Source: a virus (lineage: Duplodnaviria > Caudoviricetes). From it: a stretch of 58,446 nucleotides of DNA. The notes under the pieces were generated by a model. It was not told the origin of the DNA and did not search any database. It worked only from the letters and a program-made list of their open reading frames with translations. Positions within the stretch are counted from its first letter, which is position 1; every line of letters begins with the position of its first letter. Shown here piece after piece: positions 23,337 to 31,886 of the stretch. The position numbers were made by a program, and so were the translations under genes. The stretch lies in IMG/VR virus record IMGVR_UViG_3300025012_000101, positions 1-58,446 of that record, one strand, 5' to 3'.

Positions 23337-24070
23337 ATGAGCTGGCTCTTTTCGCAGGCGCTGGTGGCGGAATACTTGGCGGATACTTGCTCGGATGGCG
23401 AACTATCTGCGCAGTTGAACGTGATGCCTACGCCGCACAAGTTCTGGCACAAAGACAAAATGATGGATCACTCGAACCTTTCCCGATTTGGTCTGACGTT
23501 GAAACGTTTGACGGAAAGCCGTGGCGTGGAATTGTTGACATTGTATCTGGAGGATTCCCGTGTCAGGACATCAGTTCGCAAGGTAGCGGGGGGGGGGTAC
23601 GTGATGGCGAACGAAGCGGACTCTGGGCGCAGATGGCAAGGATTATTGGCGAAGTACGACCCAGCTTTGTGTTTGTGGAAAATAGCCCAATGCTCACTAC
23701 TCGCGGACTTGGAACAGTGCTTGGAGATTTGGCCGCGCTGGGGTTCGATGCGGAATGGGGAGTGTTATCAGCAGCCGATGTTGGCGCTCCGCACCTCAGA
23801 GAGCGCATCTGGATTGTTGCCTACTCCAATGGCTTCGGATTGGAAGGGCGGAACGTCATCAATCAGGAAGGACACCGGGAAGCAACGGCTAGATCAGTTC
23901 CGAGATTGGTGCAAAAGCATTCATGGCCTGACGTATCCAATCCCAGAGCATTCGGAAGCGATGATGGGGTGGCCTATCGGATGGAGCGACTTAAAGCTAT
24001 TGGTAATGGGCAAGTCCCAGAATGCCATGCGACAGCATTCACTCTGCTGCGAGAAAGGCTAGAAGCATGA
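23333..24070 (+). CDS. DNA cytosine-C5 methyltransferase, alpha-like chain (motifs I-VIII and X)
   Basis: LFAGAGG, GGFPCQD, FVENSP, APHLRERIW and RLKAIGNGQVP; short, with no evident TRD or motif IX. Confidence 0.9.
   Translation: MNELALFAGAGGGILGGYLLGWRTICAVERDAYAAQVLAQRQNDGSLEPFPIWSDVETFDGKPWRGIVDIVSGGFPCQDISSQGSGGGVRDGERSGLWAQMARIIGEVRPSFVFVENSPMLTTRGLGTVLGDLAALGFDAEWGVLSAADVGAPHLRERIWIVAYSNGFGLEGRNVINQEGHREATARSVPRLVQKHSWPDVSNPRAFGSDDGVAYRMERLKAIGNGQVPECHATAFTLLRERLEA
23337..24062 (+). CDS. Overlapping +1-frame ORF; putative beta chain of the methyltransferase (TRD and motif IX)
   Basis: 241 open codons nested in the MTase gene; LLPTPMASDWKG and PEHSEAMMGWPIGWSD. Confidence 0.65.
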   Translation: MSWLFSQALVAEYLADTCSDGELSAQLNVMPTPHKFWHKDKMMDHSNLSRFGLTLKRLTESRGVELLTLYLEDSRVRTSVRKVAGGGYVMANEADSGRRWQGLLAKYDPALCLWKIAQCSLLADLEQCLEIWPRWGSMRNGECYQQPMLALRTSESASGLLPTPMASDWKGGTSSIRKDTGKQRLDQFRDWCKSIHGLTYPIPEHSEAMMGWPIGWSDLKLLVMGKSQNAMRQHSLCCEKG

Positions 24071-24252
24071 GCAACCTATCCCCTTGGTTCAAGCCATCAG
24101 ACCCGCCAGAGCGCGAAGGACGCTATCAGGTCAAGGACTGGCTAGGCCACATCAACTACGCGGAATGGTGGAAAGGCGAATGGCGCAACCCGGAGACTTA
24201 TGACCATATCCAGAAGAACAGGATTCGAGGCTGGCGCGGGGTGGCTAGGTAA
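24067..24252 (+). CDS. Small Trp-rich hypothetical protein
   Basis: SPWFKPSDPPEREGRYQV...WRGV; coupled ORF. Confidence 0.6.
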   Translation: MSNLSPWFKPSDPPEREGRYQVKDWLGHINYAEWWKGEWRNPETYDHIQKNRIRGWRGVAR

Positions 24253-24791
24253 TGGCAAATATAATCATTGCCCGCACCTGCGCGCCATTGCCGGAAGAAG
24301 CGGAGCGCGTCGGCCTGCGCAAGATGCTGTTCGAGTGCTTCAAGGGCGCTAACGATGCGGACGATAAGGCGTGGCGGCGTTTCTGGAAGCGCGTCATCAG
24401 TCTGGAGCCTGGGGAGATTTCCTTTCTCGATCTCGTCATCCCGCGCAACGGAAAATTTCATCGCAAGTTCTTCGCCATGCTCGATGTTGGGTACGACGCA
24501 TGGGAGCCGCCGCGCAAGCGCAGGACGTACAAGAAGCGCGAGATCACCAAGAACCGGGAGCAGTTCCGCGAGGAGATCATCATCCTTGCCGGCTTCTATG
24601 AGCAGACATTCAACCTGAAAGGCGAAATGCGCCTGCGCGCCAGGTCGATCAGCTTTGCCAAGATGGAGCAGCCGGAATTTGAAGAGCTTTACTCCGCCGT
24701 TGTGGACGTGCTGCTGCGCGAGGTGTTGCACACCTACAAGGATCGCGACGAGCTGGATGCGGTCGTGGAAAGGGTGTTGGGATTCGCATGA
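24252..24791 (+). CDS. DUF1367 family protein
   Basis: PRNGKFHRKFFAML, AGFYE and SISFAKMEQPEFEELYSAV. Confidence 0.85.
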   Translation: MANIIIARTCAPLPEEAERVGLRKMLFECFKGANDADDKAWRRFWKRVISLEPGEISFLDLVIPRNGKFHRKFFAMLDVGYDAWEPPRKRRTYKKREITKNREQFREEIIILAGFYEQTFNLKGEMRLRARSISFAKMEQPEFEELYSAVVDVLLREVLHTYKDRDELDAVVERVLGFA

Positions 24792-25180
24792 GCGCAACCA
24801 TGACGCAAGAATTCGAGTCCGACATTCGCAGGCGTGTGAATCCAGCCTATGTTGATGTGCGCGGCACCGAGAGTTATGAGCGCGCCGCCCTTCTGGGCGA
24901 AATAGACCGGCTGCGCGCGGCGATCCGGCAAACGTTGGATGAGAACGGACATCTTGCGGACGGGGACAACTGCACGCTGATCACGCTGAAACGCGCATTA
25001 AATATCCAGACTTGCCGGAAGTGCGGCGGCGACATGAAGTCGGGCATGGCGATGTGTCAAACCTTAACCGGAATAGCTGATTTCATTGGCGGCGAGGTTT
25101 GCACGGTGTCGCCTGGCGGGCCTGGTAAGGTGATCGGGTGTTGGAAGTGCGAGCAATGCGGTTGGAGCGTGACGGCATGA
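24788..25180 (+). CDS. Hypothetical protein with C-terminal Zn ribbon
   Basis: CRKCGG...KCEQCGWS; coupled ORF. Confidence 0.6.
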   Translation: MSATMTQEFESDIRRRVNPAYVDVRGTESYERAALLGEIDRLRAAIRQTLDENGHLADGDNCTLITLKRALNIQTCRKCGGDMKSGMAMCQTLTGIADFIGGEVCTVSPGGPGKVIGCWKCEQCGWSVTA

Positions 25181-26712
25181 ACGCAATCAGCCAAATGGAA
25201 TGCACTGCGCTGACTTTGCACAGCCCGCTGGAATTGCTGTTTGCCCAATACCGTGCGGATCATGAGGGAATTGAGAAAATCGCCGGATTTGTTGATTCAG
25301 CCAGGCAGATGAATTATTTCTTCGATGCGGCGAGAGTTGAGCAAAGGTCTGTAACTGCATCGGCGCATGAAGTGTTTAAGCTGGAACCAGCCTTGCGCGC
25401 ACTGGATGCGTCCTACTGGCAAAGGGCTATGTTCCTGACTGACGTGTTGGAATACATGCCCGCCGATAAGCGCAACGAGTGGCACAACCAAATATCGAAG
25501 CACGAGACCCCGACATTCGAGAAAGAGAGCGTCAAGTCAACCCTGATCCAGATGCTCAACAACCGTGCGCAGTTCATGGCAGAGCGTGTTGACGGGCTGT
25601 TCCGCGCGTTGCCCGGCGACCATGTTACCAATCAGCCGCAGGCATTCGGTAAGCGGTTCATCCTGAATTACATGCTGTCGTACAGTTCAATCAGCCATGA
25701 TCGCGCCAACTACATCCACGACCTGCGCTGCGTGATCGGTAAGTTCATGGGGCGAGACGTTCCAAACTCGCACAATACCTATTCAGATTTGAACGGTATG
25801 GCGCGGGATGGACAGTGGAACGAGTTTGACGGCGGAGCATTTAAGGTGCGGCTGTACAAAAAAGGCACCGCGCACATGGAAGTGCATCCTGAAATGGCGT
25901 GGCAGTTGAATAAGGTACTGGCTTTTTTGTACCCAATGGCAATACCGGCAGAATTCCGCACAAAGCCGAAGAAGGCCGCGAAGTCTCACAAGCTGCACTA
26001 CGACCTGGTGAGCTACGAAGTCATCAAGGAATTGGAGCGCGGCCTGCCATACCACGACAAAGCAACAACCAGCCTGCATTATGAGTACAAGGAGCCGCCG
26101 ACAGCTCCGACCATTGCCGTGATGGAGCGACTGGGCGCGGTGAGCACTGAAAAGAGGATATGGGAGTTTGGCTATCTCATCCTGCCGATCATCAAGGAAC
26201 TGTCGCGCACCGGGCGCATTCCAGAGCAGAAGAGTCACCAGTTTTACCCGACGCCGCGCGAACTCGCCGAGGTGGCAGTAGCGATGGCCGAGATCGAGCC
26301 GCACCATTCATGCTTGGAGCCGTCAGCCGGGCAAGGTGGGCTGGCCGACCTGATGCCGAAGTCAACAACCTGCATTGAGGTATCGGCGCTGCATTGCGCA
26401 GTGTTGAGAGCAAAAGGCTATGAGGTTGAACAAGCTGATTTTATAGATTGGGCAGACTTACAGTTTCCGCTCCGTAAATATGCCCGCATTGTGATGAACC
26501 CGCCTTTCAGCGAAGGCCGCGCAGTGAAGCACGTCAAACATGCTGCATCGATGCTGTCCGTTGGAGGCGTGCTGGTCGCCATTATGCCAGCGTCAAACAA
26601 GGGCAAGACCATCGTGGAAGGCATGAAGCACGAATGGAGCGCAGCCTACGACAACGAGTTTAAAGATGCGTCGGTGAGCGTGGTGATTTTGAAATTGATA
26701 GGGTGCGCATGA
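25177..26712 (+). CDS. DUF4942-domain protein with C-terminal amino-methyltransferase domain (N6-A/N4-C)
   Basis: QFYPTP, LEPSAGQG and IVMNPPF; N-terminal YKKGTAHMEVHPEMAWQLN. Confidence 0.85.
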   Translation: MNAISQMECTALTLHSPLELLFAQYRADHEGIEKIAGFVDSARQMNYFFDAARVEQRSVTASAHEVFKLEPALRALDASYWQRAMFLTDVLEYMPADKRNEWHNQISKHETPTFEKESVKSTLIQMLNNRAQFMAERVDGLFRALPGDHVTNQPQAFGKRFILNYMLSYSSISHDRANYIHDLRCVIGKFMGRDVPNSHNTYSDLNGMARDGQWNEFDGGAFKVRLYKKGTAHMEVHPEMAWQLNKVLAFLYPMAIPAEFRTKPKKAAKSHKLHYDLVSYEVIKELERGLPYHDKATTSLHYEYKEPPTAPTIAVMERLGAVSTEKRIWEFGYLILPIIKELSRTGRIPEQKSHQFYPTPRELAEVAVAMAEIEPHHSCLEPSAGQGGLADLMPKSTTCIEVSALHCAVLRAKGYEVEQADFIDWADLQFPLRKYARIVMNPPFSEGRAVKHVKHAASMLSVGGVLVAIMPASNKGKTIVEGMKHEWSAAYDNEFKDASVSVVILKLIGCA

Positions 26713-26972
26713 CCACGGCCAGTGAAAAGAGCTACATGGGGCGCGTGGCTGCATTGGGCTGCATCATTCCAGACTGCGGAAGCCCTGCCGTGTTACATCA
26801 CCCCCGTTTCTGCTGCGGCATGGCACAGCGTGCCAGCAACTTCCTCGTAATCCCGCTTTGCCCAGACCACCACGCCGGGGCATTGAGCATCCACAAGTCT
26901 CCGCGCCAGTTTGAAAATCTGTTCGGCTCGGAGGTTGATCTGTTGGCCGAAACAATCAGGAGGTTAGCATGA
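26709..26972 (+). CDS. Ref/DUF968-like HNH-type nuclease
   Basis: VAALGCI--C...HH...IPLCPDHH...FG-E--LL. Confidence 0.75.
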   Translation: MTTASEKSYMGRVAALGCIIPDCGSPAVLHHPRFCCGMAQRASNFLVIPLCPDHHAGALSIHKSPRQFENLFGSEVDLLAETIRRLA

Positions 26973-27224
26973 TGGAAGATTTGCCACTGATATTCGTTAT
27001 TGTTCTGTGGGCAGGATTGCTAACCGCAGGTTTGGACGCAATGCTTACCGAATTTGAATACGGTGATCGGAAATGAGCCCGTGCCATACCTGCATTTACC
27101 GCGCCCTGCGCTCAATCGGTGGATTTGCATTATGGGGATGCCTCAAGCATAGGATCAGGTTCGGCAATGATTCTGATTGGAAGGCCGGAAAGAATCAGCC
27201 CAAATCGTGTGTGGATTACGCGAA

Positions 27225-27539
27225 ATGAAGCAATCCGCGCCAGAAGCTGCATTTGCCCTGCACTGCCGGGCGCACAAACTCAATCCAGTGCCTGAGTTCA
27301 AGTTTCATCCGGTGCGGAAGTGGCGCGCTGACTTCGCGTTCCCTGCGCACATGATCCTGATCGAGATCGAGGGCGGGGTGTGGGTGAATGGCCGGCATAA
27401 CCGGGGCGCAGGGTATTCGGCGGACTGCGAGAAGTATTCGCATGCTGCTTTGTTGGGGTATCGGGTGTTTCGCTTCACGCCTGATATGGTGAAAAGCGGG
27501 GAGGCTGTGCAAATGGTGATAGAGGCAGTTGGTAGATGA
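27225..27539 (+). CDS. PD-(D/E)XK endonuclease (DUF559/Vsr-like; possible resolvase)
   Basis: EFKFHPVRKWRADFA, IEIEGG and DCEKY---LLGYRVFRFT. Confidence 0.8.
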   Translation: MKQSAPEAAFALHCRAHKLNPVPEFKFHPVRKWRADFAFPAHMILIEIEGGVWVNGRHNRGAGYSADCEKYSHAALLGYRVFRFTPDMVKSGEAVQMVIEAVGR

Positions 27540-27699
27540 AATCAACGGCCATGCCCAGCAGATTCTACGGCGACCCGGCCAACTGTTGCGATGAGCGGCG
27601 CAAACTTACTGAGTTGGCAAAGAAGCTGGCAGAGCGCGACCGGAAGCACAAGTCTAGACGGATTCAGATGTTGGTTAAACAGGCGAAGAGGGGTAGATA

Positions 27700-28218
27700 A
27701 TGTTCAAAAGCGCACACCATGCCTTGCAATTCGCATTCAGGACAATCAATACGCCTATCGTCAAGATGTCATCGGTTAACTCAATGCGCGGGGCAAGTGG
27801 CTCTGGTGAAATGACTCCACATGATAGGCATGCACAGGCGGCGATCATTCTGTCCATTATTGAAAAGGCGGTGGATGTGAACGGGTTGGCGTACCTAAAG
27901 GCGCACTATGGACGTGAACTGCAAGGCGGAGAAGATCAGCACACCGTAGCTGATGTGCTGGTGCGCGTGGCGATGGCCGCTATGCCAACCGGGATGCACA
28001 GCCGGCGCGGGGTGGAAAAGTTGGTGCGCATCTACTTCGGGCAAGACATCAGCATGGTGTCAGTGCGTAAAGATATGGGGTGTGGCCATCCGAGAGCCAA
28101 TGAGTACCGTGATGCCGTGCGAAAGGCGTTGAACGCAATTGGTGATCGGGCTGATTATGATGTTGATGCCGCCTTGAGGGTAGCTTGCCAGGTTGGCGAT
28201 GAAGCGGTGGCGGCATAA
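27700..28218 (+). CDS. Putative late-gene activator/antiterminator (Q position)
   Basis: Last early gene before an intergenic region with a terminator and the lysis genes; helical C-terminus. Confidence 0.55.
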   Translation: MFKSAHHALQFAFRTINTPIVKMSSVNSMRGASGSGEMTPHDRHAQAAIILSIIEKAVDVNGLAYLKAHYGRELQGGEDQHTVADVLVRVAMAAMPTGMHSRRGVEKLVRIYFGQDISMVSVRKDMGCGHPRANEYRDAVRKALNAIGDRADYDVDAALRVACQVGDEAVAA

Positions 28219-28301
28219 GGCAAAAAACTATTTGATTTTTTTTGAAACTGCTAGTAGAAGTAAAAACCTAGTGTGGGATTCCTGCCCACCAAATAATTTC
28301 C

Positions 28302-28325
28302 AGCCCGCCCTGTGCGGGCTTTTTT
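28302..28325 (+). terminator. tR'-like terminator ahead of the lysis genes
   Basis: AGCCCGC-CCTGT-GCGGGCT-TTTTT. Confidence 0.8.
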
Positions 28326-28343
28326 ATTGGGCGCGACAGAAAA

Positions 28344-28814
28344 ATGATAACCGTCGAACTTTACCTGATGGGCCGAGATTTGAAGTACGCCTGCTCAGAC
28401 GAGGTGCGCCGCAATGCTTTAGTGACGGTTGATAAGACCAATCAGCTAAAGATGCTGGCCGCCTTGGACGGTATTGAGTTCCCCGACGATGCTACCGAAG
28501 TCGCAAGCGGCTGGCGGCCTGCTGCAATCAATGAATACACCAGCAACGCGGCAAAGCTCAGTTCGCACATCACCGGATGCGGTCTAGACACGCGCGATCC
28601 GCAAAGGCTATTCGCGCGCTGGTGTCTGCGAAATATTGCGCATTTGGAAAAGATTGGGTTGTGGATGGAAAACCCGAGATGGACGCCAACTTGGGTGCAT
28701 CTACAAACCTACTCGCCGGGAAGCGGCAAGCGCGTGTACATCCCATCAACAAAACCGCAACTCGCGCCAGCATTGCCGGAGCAGGGCGGGCCGCGCTTCA
28801 TGGAAACAGCATAG
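28344..28814 (+). CDS. Endolysin, peptidase M15-like
   Basis: SGWRP--IN, SSHITGCGLD (H-x6-D) and WVHLQ zinc motifs. Confidence 0.8.
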   Translation: MITVELYLMGRDLKYACSDEVRRNALVTVDKTNQLKMLAALDGIEFPDDATEVASGWRPAAINEYTSNAAKLSSHITGCGLDTRDPQRLFARWCLRNIAHLEKIGLWMENPRWTPTWVHLQTYSPGSGKRVYIPSTKPQLAPALPEQGGPRFMETA

Positions 28815-28823
28815 GAGAACATC

Positions 28824-29375
28824 ATCGACCCGATAACAATTGCAATGGGGCTGGCGCAGTTCGTGCCGCAGCTCGCCAAATGGATAACCGGCAGCGACAA
28901 GGCCGAACAGGTGGCGCAGAAGGCCATCGACATCGCCAGGAGTGTGACTGGTGCGCATACCGGCGATGAGGCGGTTAAGGCGTTGCAGGACAACCCCGAT
29001 CTGGTGCTGCAATACCGCAAGGCGGTGCTGGATCAAGAGGTTGTGTTTCAGACGCTGGCGGTGCAGAACGCCCACGACATCAATACGACCATGCAGGCGG
29101 AAGCGGTCGCAGAACACTGGCCGACTTACTGGTGGCGGCCTTATATTGGCTTCTGCTTCGGGACTTTAGCCCTGCAATGCGGGGTAACGGTAGCGATTGC
29201 GTATATCGGCGTGATGTTCTTCGCGGTGAAGCCGGAAGTTCTTAGTTACCTGCCTGCCATGTTAGGAGCAGAGGCTGCGGTGATGGCGACGATGGCCCCG
29301 ATCCTCGGCGTAGCAAGCTGGTTCAGGGGCAAGATGCAGGCCGACCCAGGCATTGCTACGGTAAATAGAGGCTGA
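28824..29375 (+). CDS. Holin-like membrane protein (3TM/GTA-holin type); first ATG at 28845, possible ATC start at 28824
   Basis: WRPYIG motif and two C-terminal TM segments; follows the endolysin. Confidence 0.75.
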   Translation: MDPITIAMGLAQFVPQLAKWITGSDKAEQVAQKAIDIARSVTGAHTGDEAVKALQDNPDLVLQYRKAVLDQEVVFQTLAVQNAHDINTTMQAEAVAEHWPTYWWRPYIGFCFGTLALQCGVTVAIAYIGVMFFAVKPEVLSYLPAMLGAEAAVMATMAPILGVASWFRGKMQADPGIATVNRG

Positions 29376-29376
29376 T

Positions 29377-29721
29377 ATGAGCGGCGACATCAAGAACGAC
29401 ATCATCGCAGCTATCGCGAAGACGGATGACGACAACATGAAAACAGTGCTGCTTCTGTTGTTGGCTGTTGTCGGGCAGATCGGGGACAAGATTGACGCTA
29501 TGCAGCGCGACGAGAAGGGGCTGCGCGATGCCGTGCTGAATGGCCATGAGCCGGTACACCACTCGCACCATGAGTGGGTGGCGAAGCGCATCAAGCAGGA
29601 AGAGGATGATGCTGCGGCAGAGAAAGACTCAAAGCGCAAGATACGCGATGACCTGGTAGTGAAGGTGCTTGGGTTTCTGGTGATCGGATTGCTTACCGCT
29701 TCAGGGTGGGTGTTGAAGTAA
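29377..29721 (+). CDS. Membrane protein in the lysis cassette
   Basis: Two hydrophobic segments, one a C-terminal anchor. Confidence 0.6.
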   Translation: MSGDIKNDIIAAIAKTDDDNMKTVLLLLLAVVGQIGDKIDAMQRDEKGLRDAVLNGHEPVHHSHHEWVAKRIKQEEDDAAAEKDSKRKIRDDLVVKVLGFLVIGLLTASGWVLK

Positions 29722-30368
29722 TGGCTGCGCCGAAGAAAGTTGATTACGCCCAGATAGAGTCGGGCTGGCGAGCTGGGATTAAAAGCCCAAGGCAACTTTC
29801 CGCCGACTATGAGGAAGAGACAGGAAGTAAGGTTTCGCATACCTCTATCACCAAGCACTTCACCAAGTTGGGTGTGCCGCGCGACCTAAAAGCCAAAATC
29901 AACGCCAAAGCTGAGGCGATGGTTAACATGGCGATGGTTGACAGTAAGGTTGACAGCGAAACCATACCCAAGGAAGCGGAGATTATTAACGCCAATGCGG
30001 CAGTTGTTGCCACCACTCTGCTTGACCACAGGAAGGACATCAAGCGGCATCGTACCTTGGCTGTCAGTCTGCTTGCTGAGATAGAGTCGGAGACGTTCGA
30101 CCCAGAGCTTTTTGATAAACTTGGCGAAATGATGCATGCGCCAGACGAAAAGGGCATGGACAAGCTGAACGAGTTGTACCGCAAGGTTATCTCCACTCCA
30201 AGCCGGGTAGATTCCATGAAGAAGTTATCGGACACGCTCAAGACGCTGATTGGGCTGGAGCGTGAAGCGATTGGGATGGATCACGCCAAGCCGCAGACCC
30301 CTGGCGATGCCCTGGACAACCTGCTGACTGCCTTGGACGGAAGAACTGCAAGCCTGATTCCAAAGTAA
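29721..30368 (+). CDS. terS: Terminase small subunit
   Basis: DYAQIESGWRAG--S-RQL HTH, RDLKAKI and LIGLEREA; directly precedes terL. Confidence 0.8.
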   Translation: MAAPKKVDYAQIESGWRAGIKSPRQLSADYEEETGSKVSHTSITKHFTKLGVPRDLKAKINAKAEAMVNMAMVDSKVDSETIPKEAEIINANAAVVATTLLDHRKDIKRHRTLAVSLLAEIESETFDPELFDKLGEMMHAPDEKGMDKLNELYRKVISTPSRVDSMKKLSDTLKTLIGLEREAIGMDHAKPQTPGDALDNLLTALDGRTASLIPK

Positions 30369-30370
30369 TC

Positions 30371-31873
30371 GTGGCTGAAACGGAAGATCAAAAGTTCGCC
30401 AGAACAATAGGCGACCGCAACTGGCGGCTGCGCAATCTGTATTGGATCACAGACAAGGACGGCAAGAAGGTCAAGTTTGTACCGAATGAAGCCCAGCTAA
30501 GTTTGTTGGGCGCGTTCTGGTATTTGAACATCATTCTGAAAGCGCGGCAGCGCGGATTTACCACGCTGATTTGCATATTGTGGCTGGATACGATCCTGTT
30601 CAACAGCAACGTCCGCTGCGGCATCATCGCCGACACGCTACCTAACGCGACGGTAATCTTCCGCGACAAGATCAAGTTCGCGTATGACAACCTGCCGGAT
30701 GCGCTCAAGGAAAAGCGACCGGCCATCAAGAACGATGCCGGCGAGCTTTTGCTGTCGAACAATAGCAGTATCCGCGTAGGCACGTCGATGCGCTCAGGCA
30801 CGCTGCAATACCTGCATGTGTCTGAGTTTGGGAAGATTTGCCGTAAGTACCCAGAGAAAGCCAACGAAATCATCACCGGGGCGCTGAATACGGTGAGCGC
30901 CGGGCAGTTTGTGGTGATTGAGAGCACGGCTGAAGGGCGCGGCGGTAAATACCATGAGATGTGCATGGATGCGCAAGCGCTCTTGCAGCAGGCCAAGCAG
31001 CTCGGCCAGTTGGACTACAAGTTCCATTTCTACTCTTGGTGGGACGCTGACGAGTACGAGATTGACCCGTCCACCGTTGTCATTACGGATGAGGATCACA
31101 AGTATTTCGACCAGGTAGAAGAGAGGATCGGGCTCGGCCTGAGCATGCGCAAGCGCGCGTGGTATGTGCAGAAGAAGAAAACTCAGGGCGACAAGATGCG
31201 CCAGGAGTACCCGTCCACATCGGACGAGGCATTCGAGCAGGCCATTGAGGGCGCTTACTACAGCGCGGAAATGCTAAAGACTCGGGTGGAAGGACGCATC
31301 TGCTCTATTCCGGTCATACCATCGGTGCCGGTGCATACGTTCTGGGACTTAGGCCGAAATGACATGAACGCAATCTGGTTCATGCAGCATATCGGAACGC
31401 AGTACCGATTCATCCGCTACTACGAGAACAGTGGTGAGAGCTTGGCACACTACGCCAAATACCTGCGCGATACCGGATACTTGCTCGGCGACATCTATCT
31501 GCCGCACGATGCCTGCCATGAGCTGCTTGGGCAAATCGATACGGTCGATGTCCAGCTCGGGAAGATGTTGCCCGGCGTGAACATCAAGATCGTGCAGCGG
31601 ATTCCAAGGGTGATCGAAGGCATCGGCATGATGCGCGATAAGTTCCCGCAGGTCTGGCTTGACGAGACAAGCTGCGCCAAAGGCATCCCGCACTTGGACA
31701 ACTACCGCAAGCAGTGGAATGAGGCGCTTGGAGTATGGCGCGAAGAGCCGCTGCACGACATTGCTTCTAACGGTGCCGATGCCATCCGGCAGTTTGCCCA
31801 AGGATACGAAGAAGAGTCGCGGCTGATCAGCAGCAAGCCGAGAAAACCATTTAACTGGCGCGTAGGCGCTTAA
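30371..31873 (+). CDS. terL: Terminase large subunit
   Basis: ILKARQRGFTT (Walker A), LHVSEFG (Walker B), IESTAEG and nuclease FWDLG...ADA. Confidence 0.95.
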   Translation: MAETEDQKFARTIGDRNWRLRNLYWITDKDGKKVKFVPNEAQLSLLGAFWYLNIILKARQRGFTTLICILWLDTILFNSNVRCGIIADTLPNATVIFRDKIKFAYDNLPDALKEKRPAIKNDAGELLLSNNSSIRVGTSMRSGTLQYLHVSEFGKICRKYPEKANEIITGALNTVSAGQFVVIESTAEGRGGKYHEMCMDAQALLQQAKQLGQLDYKFHFYSWWDADEYEIDPSTVVITDEDHKYFDQVEERIGLGLSMRKRAWYVQKKKTQGDKMRQEYPSTSDEAFEQAIEGAYYSAEMLKTRVEGRICSIPVIPSVPVHTFWDLGRNDMNAIWFMQHIGTQYRFIRYYENSGESLAHYAKYLRDTGYLLGDIYLPHDACHELLGQIDTVDVQLGKMLPGVNIKIVQRIPRVIEGIGMMRDKFPQVWLDETSCAKGIPHLDNYRKQWNEALGVWREEPLHDIASNGADAIRQFAQGYEEESRLISSKPRKPFNWRVGA

Positions 31874-31886
31874 TCGAGGTAAAAAT

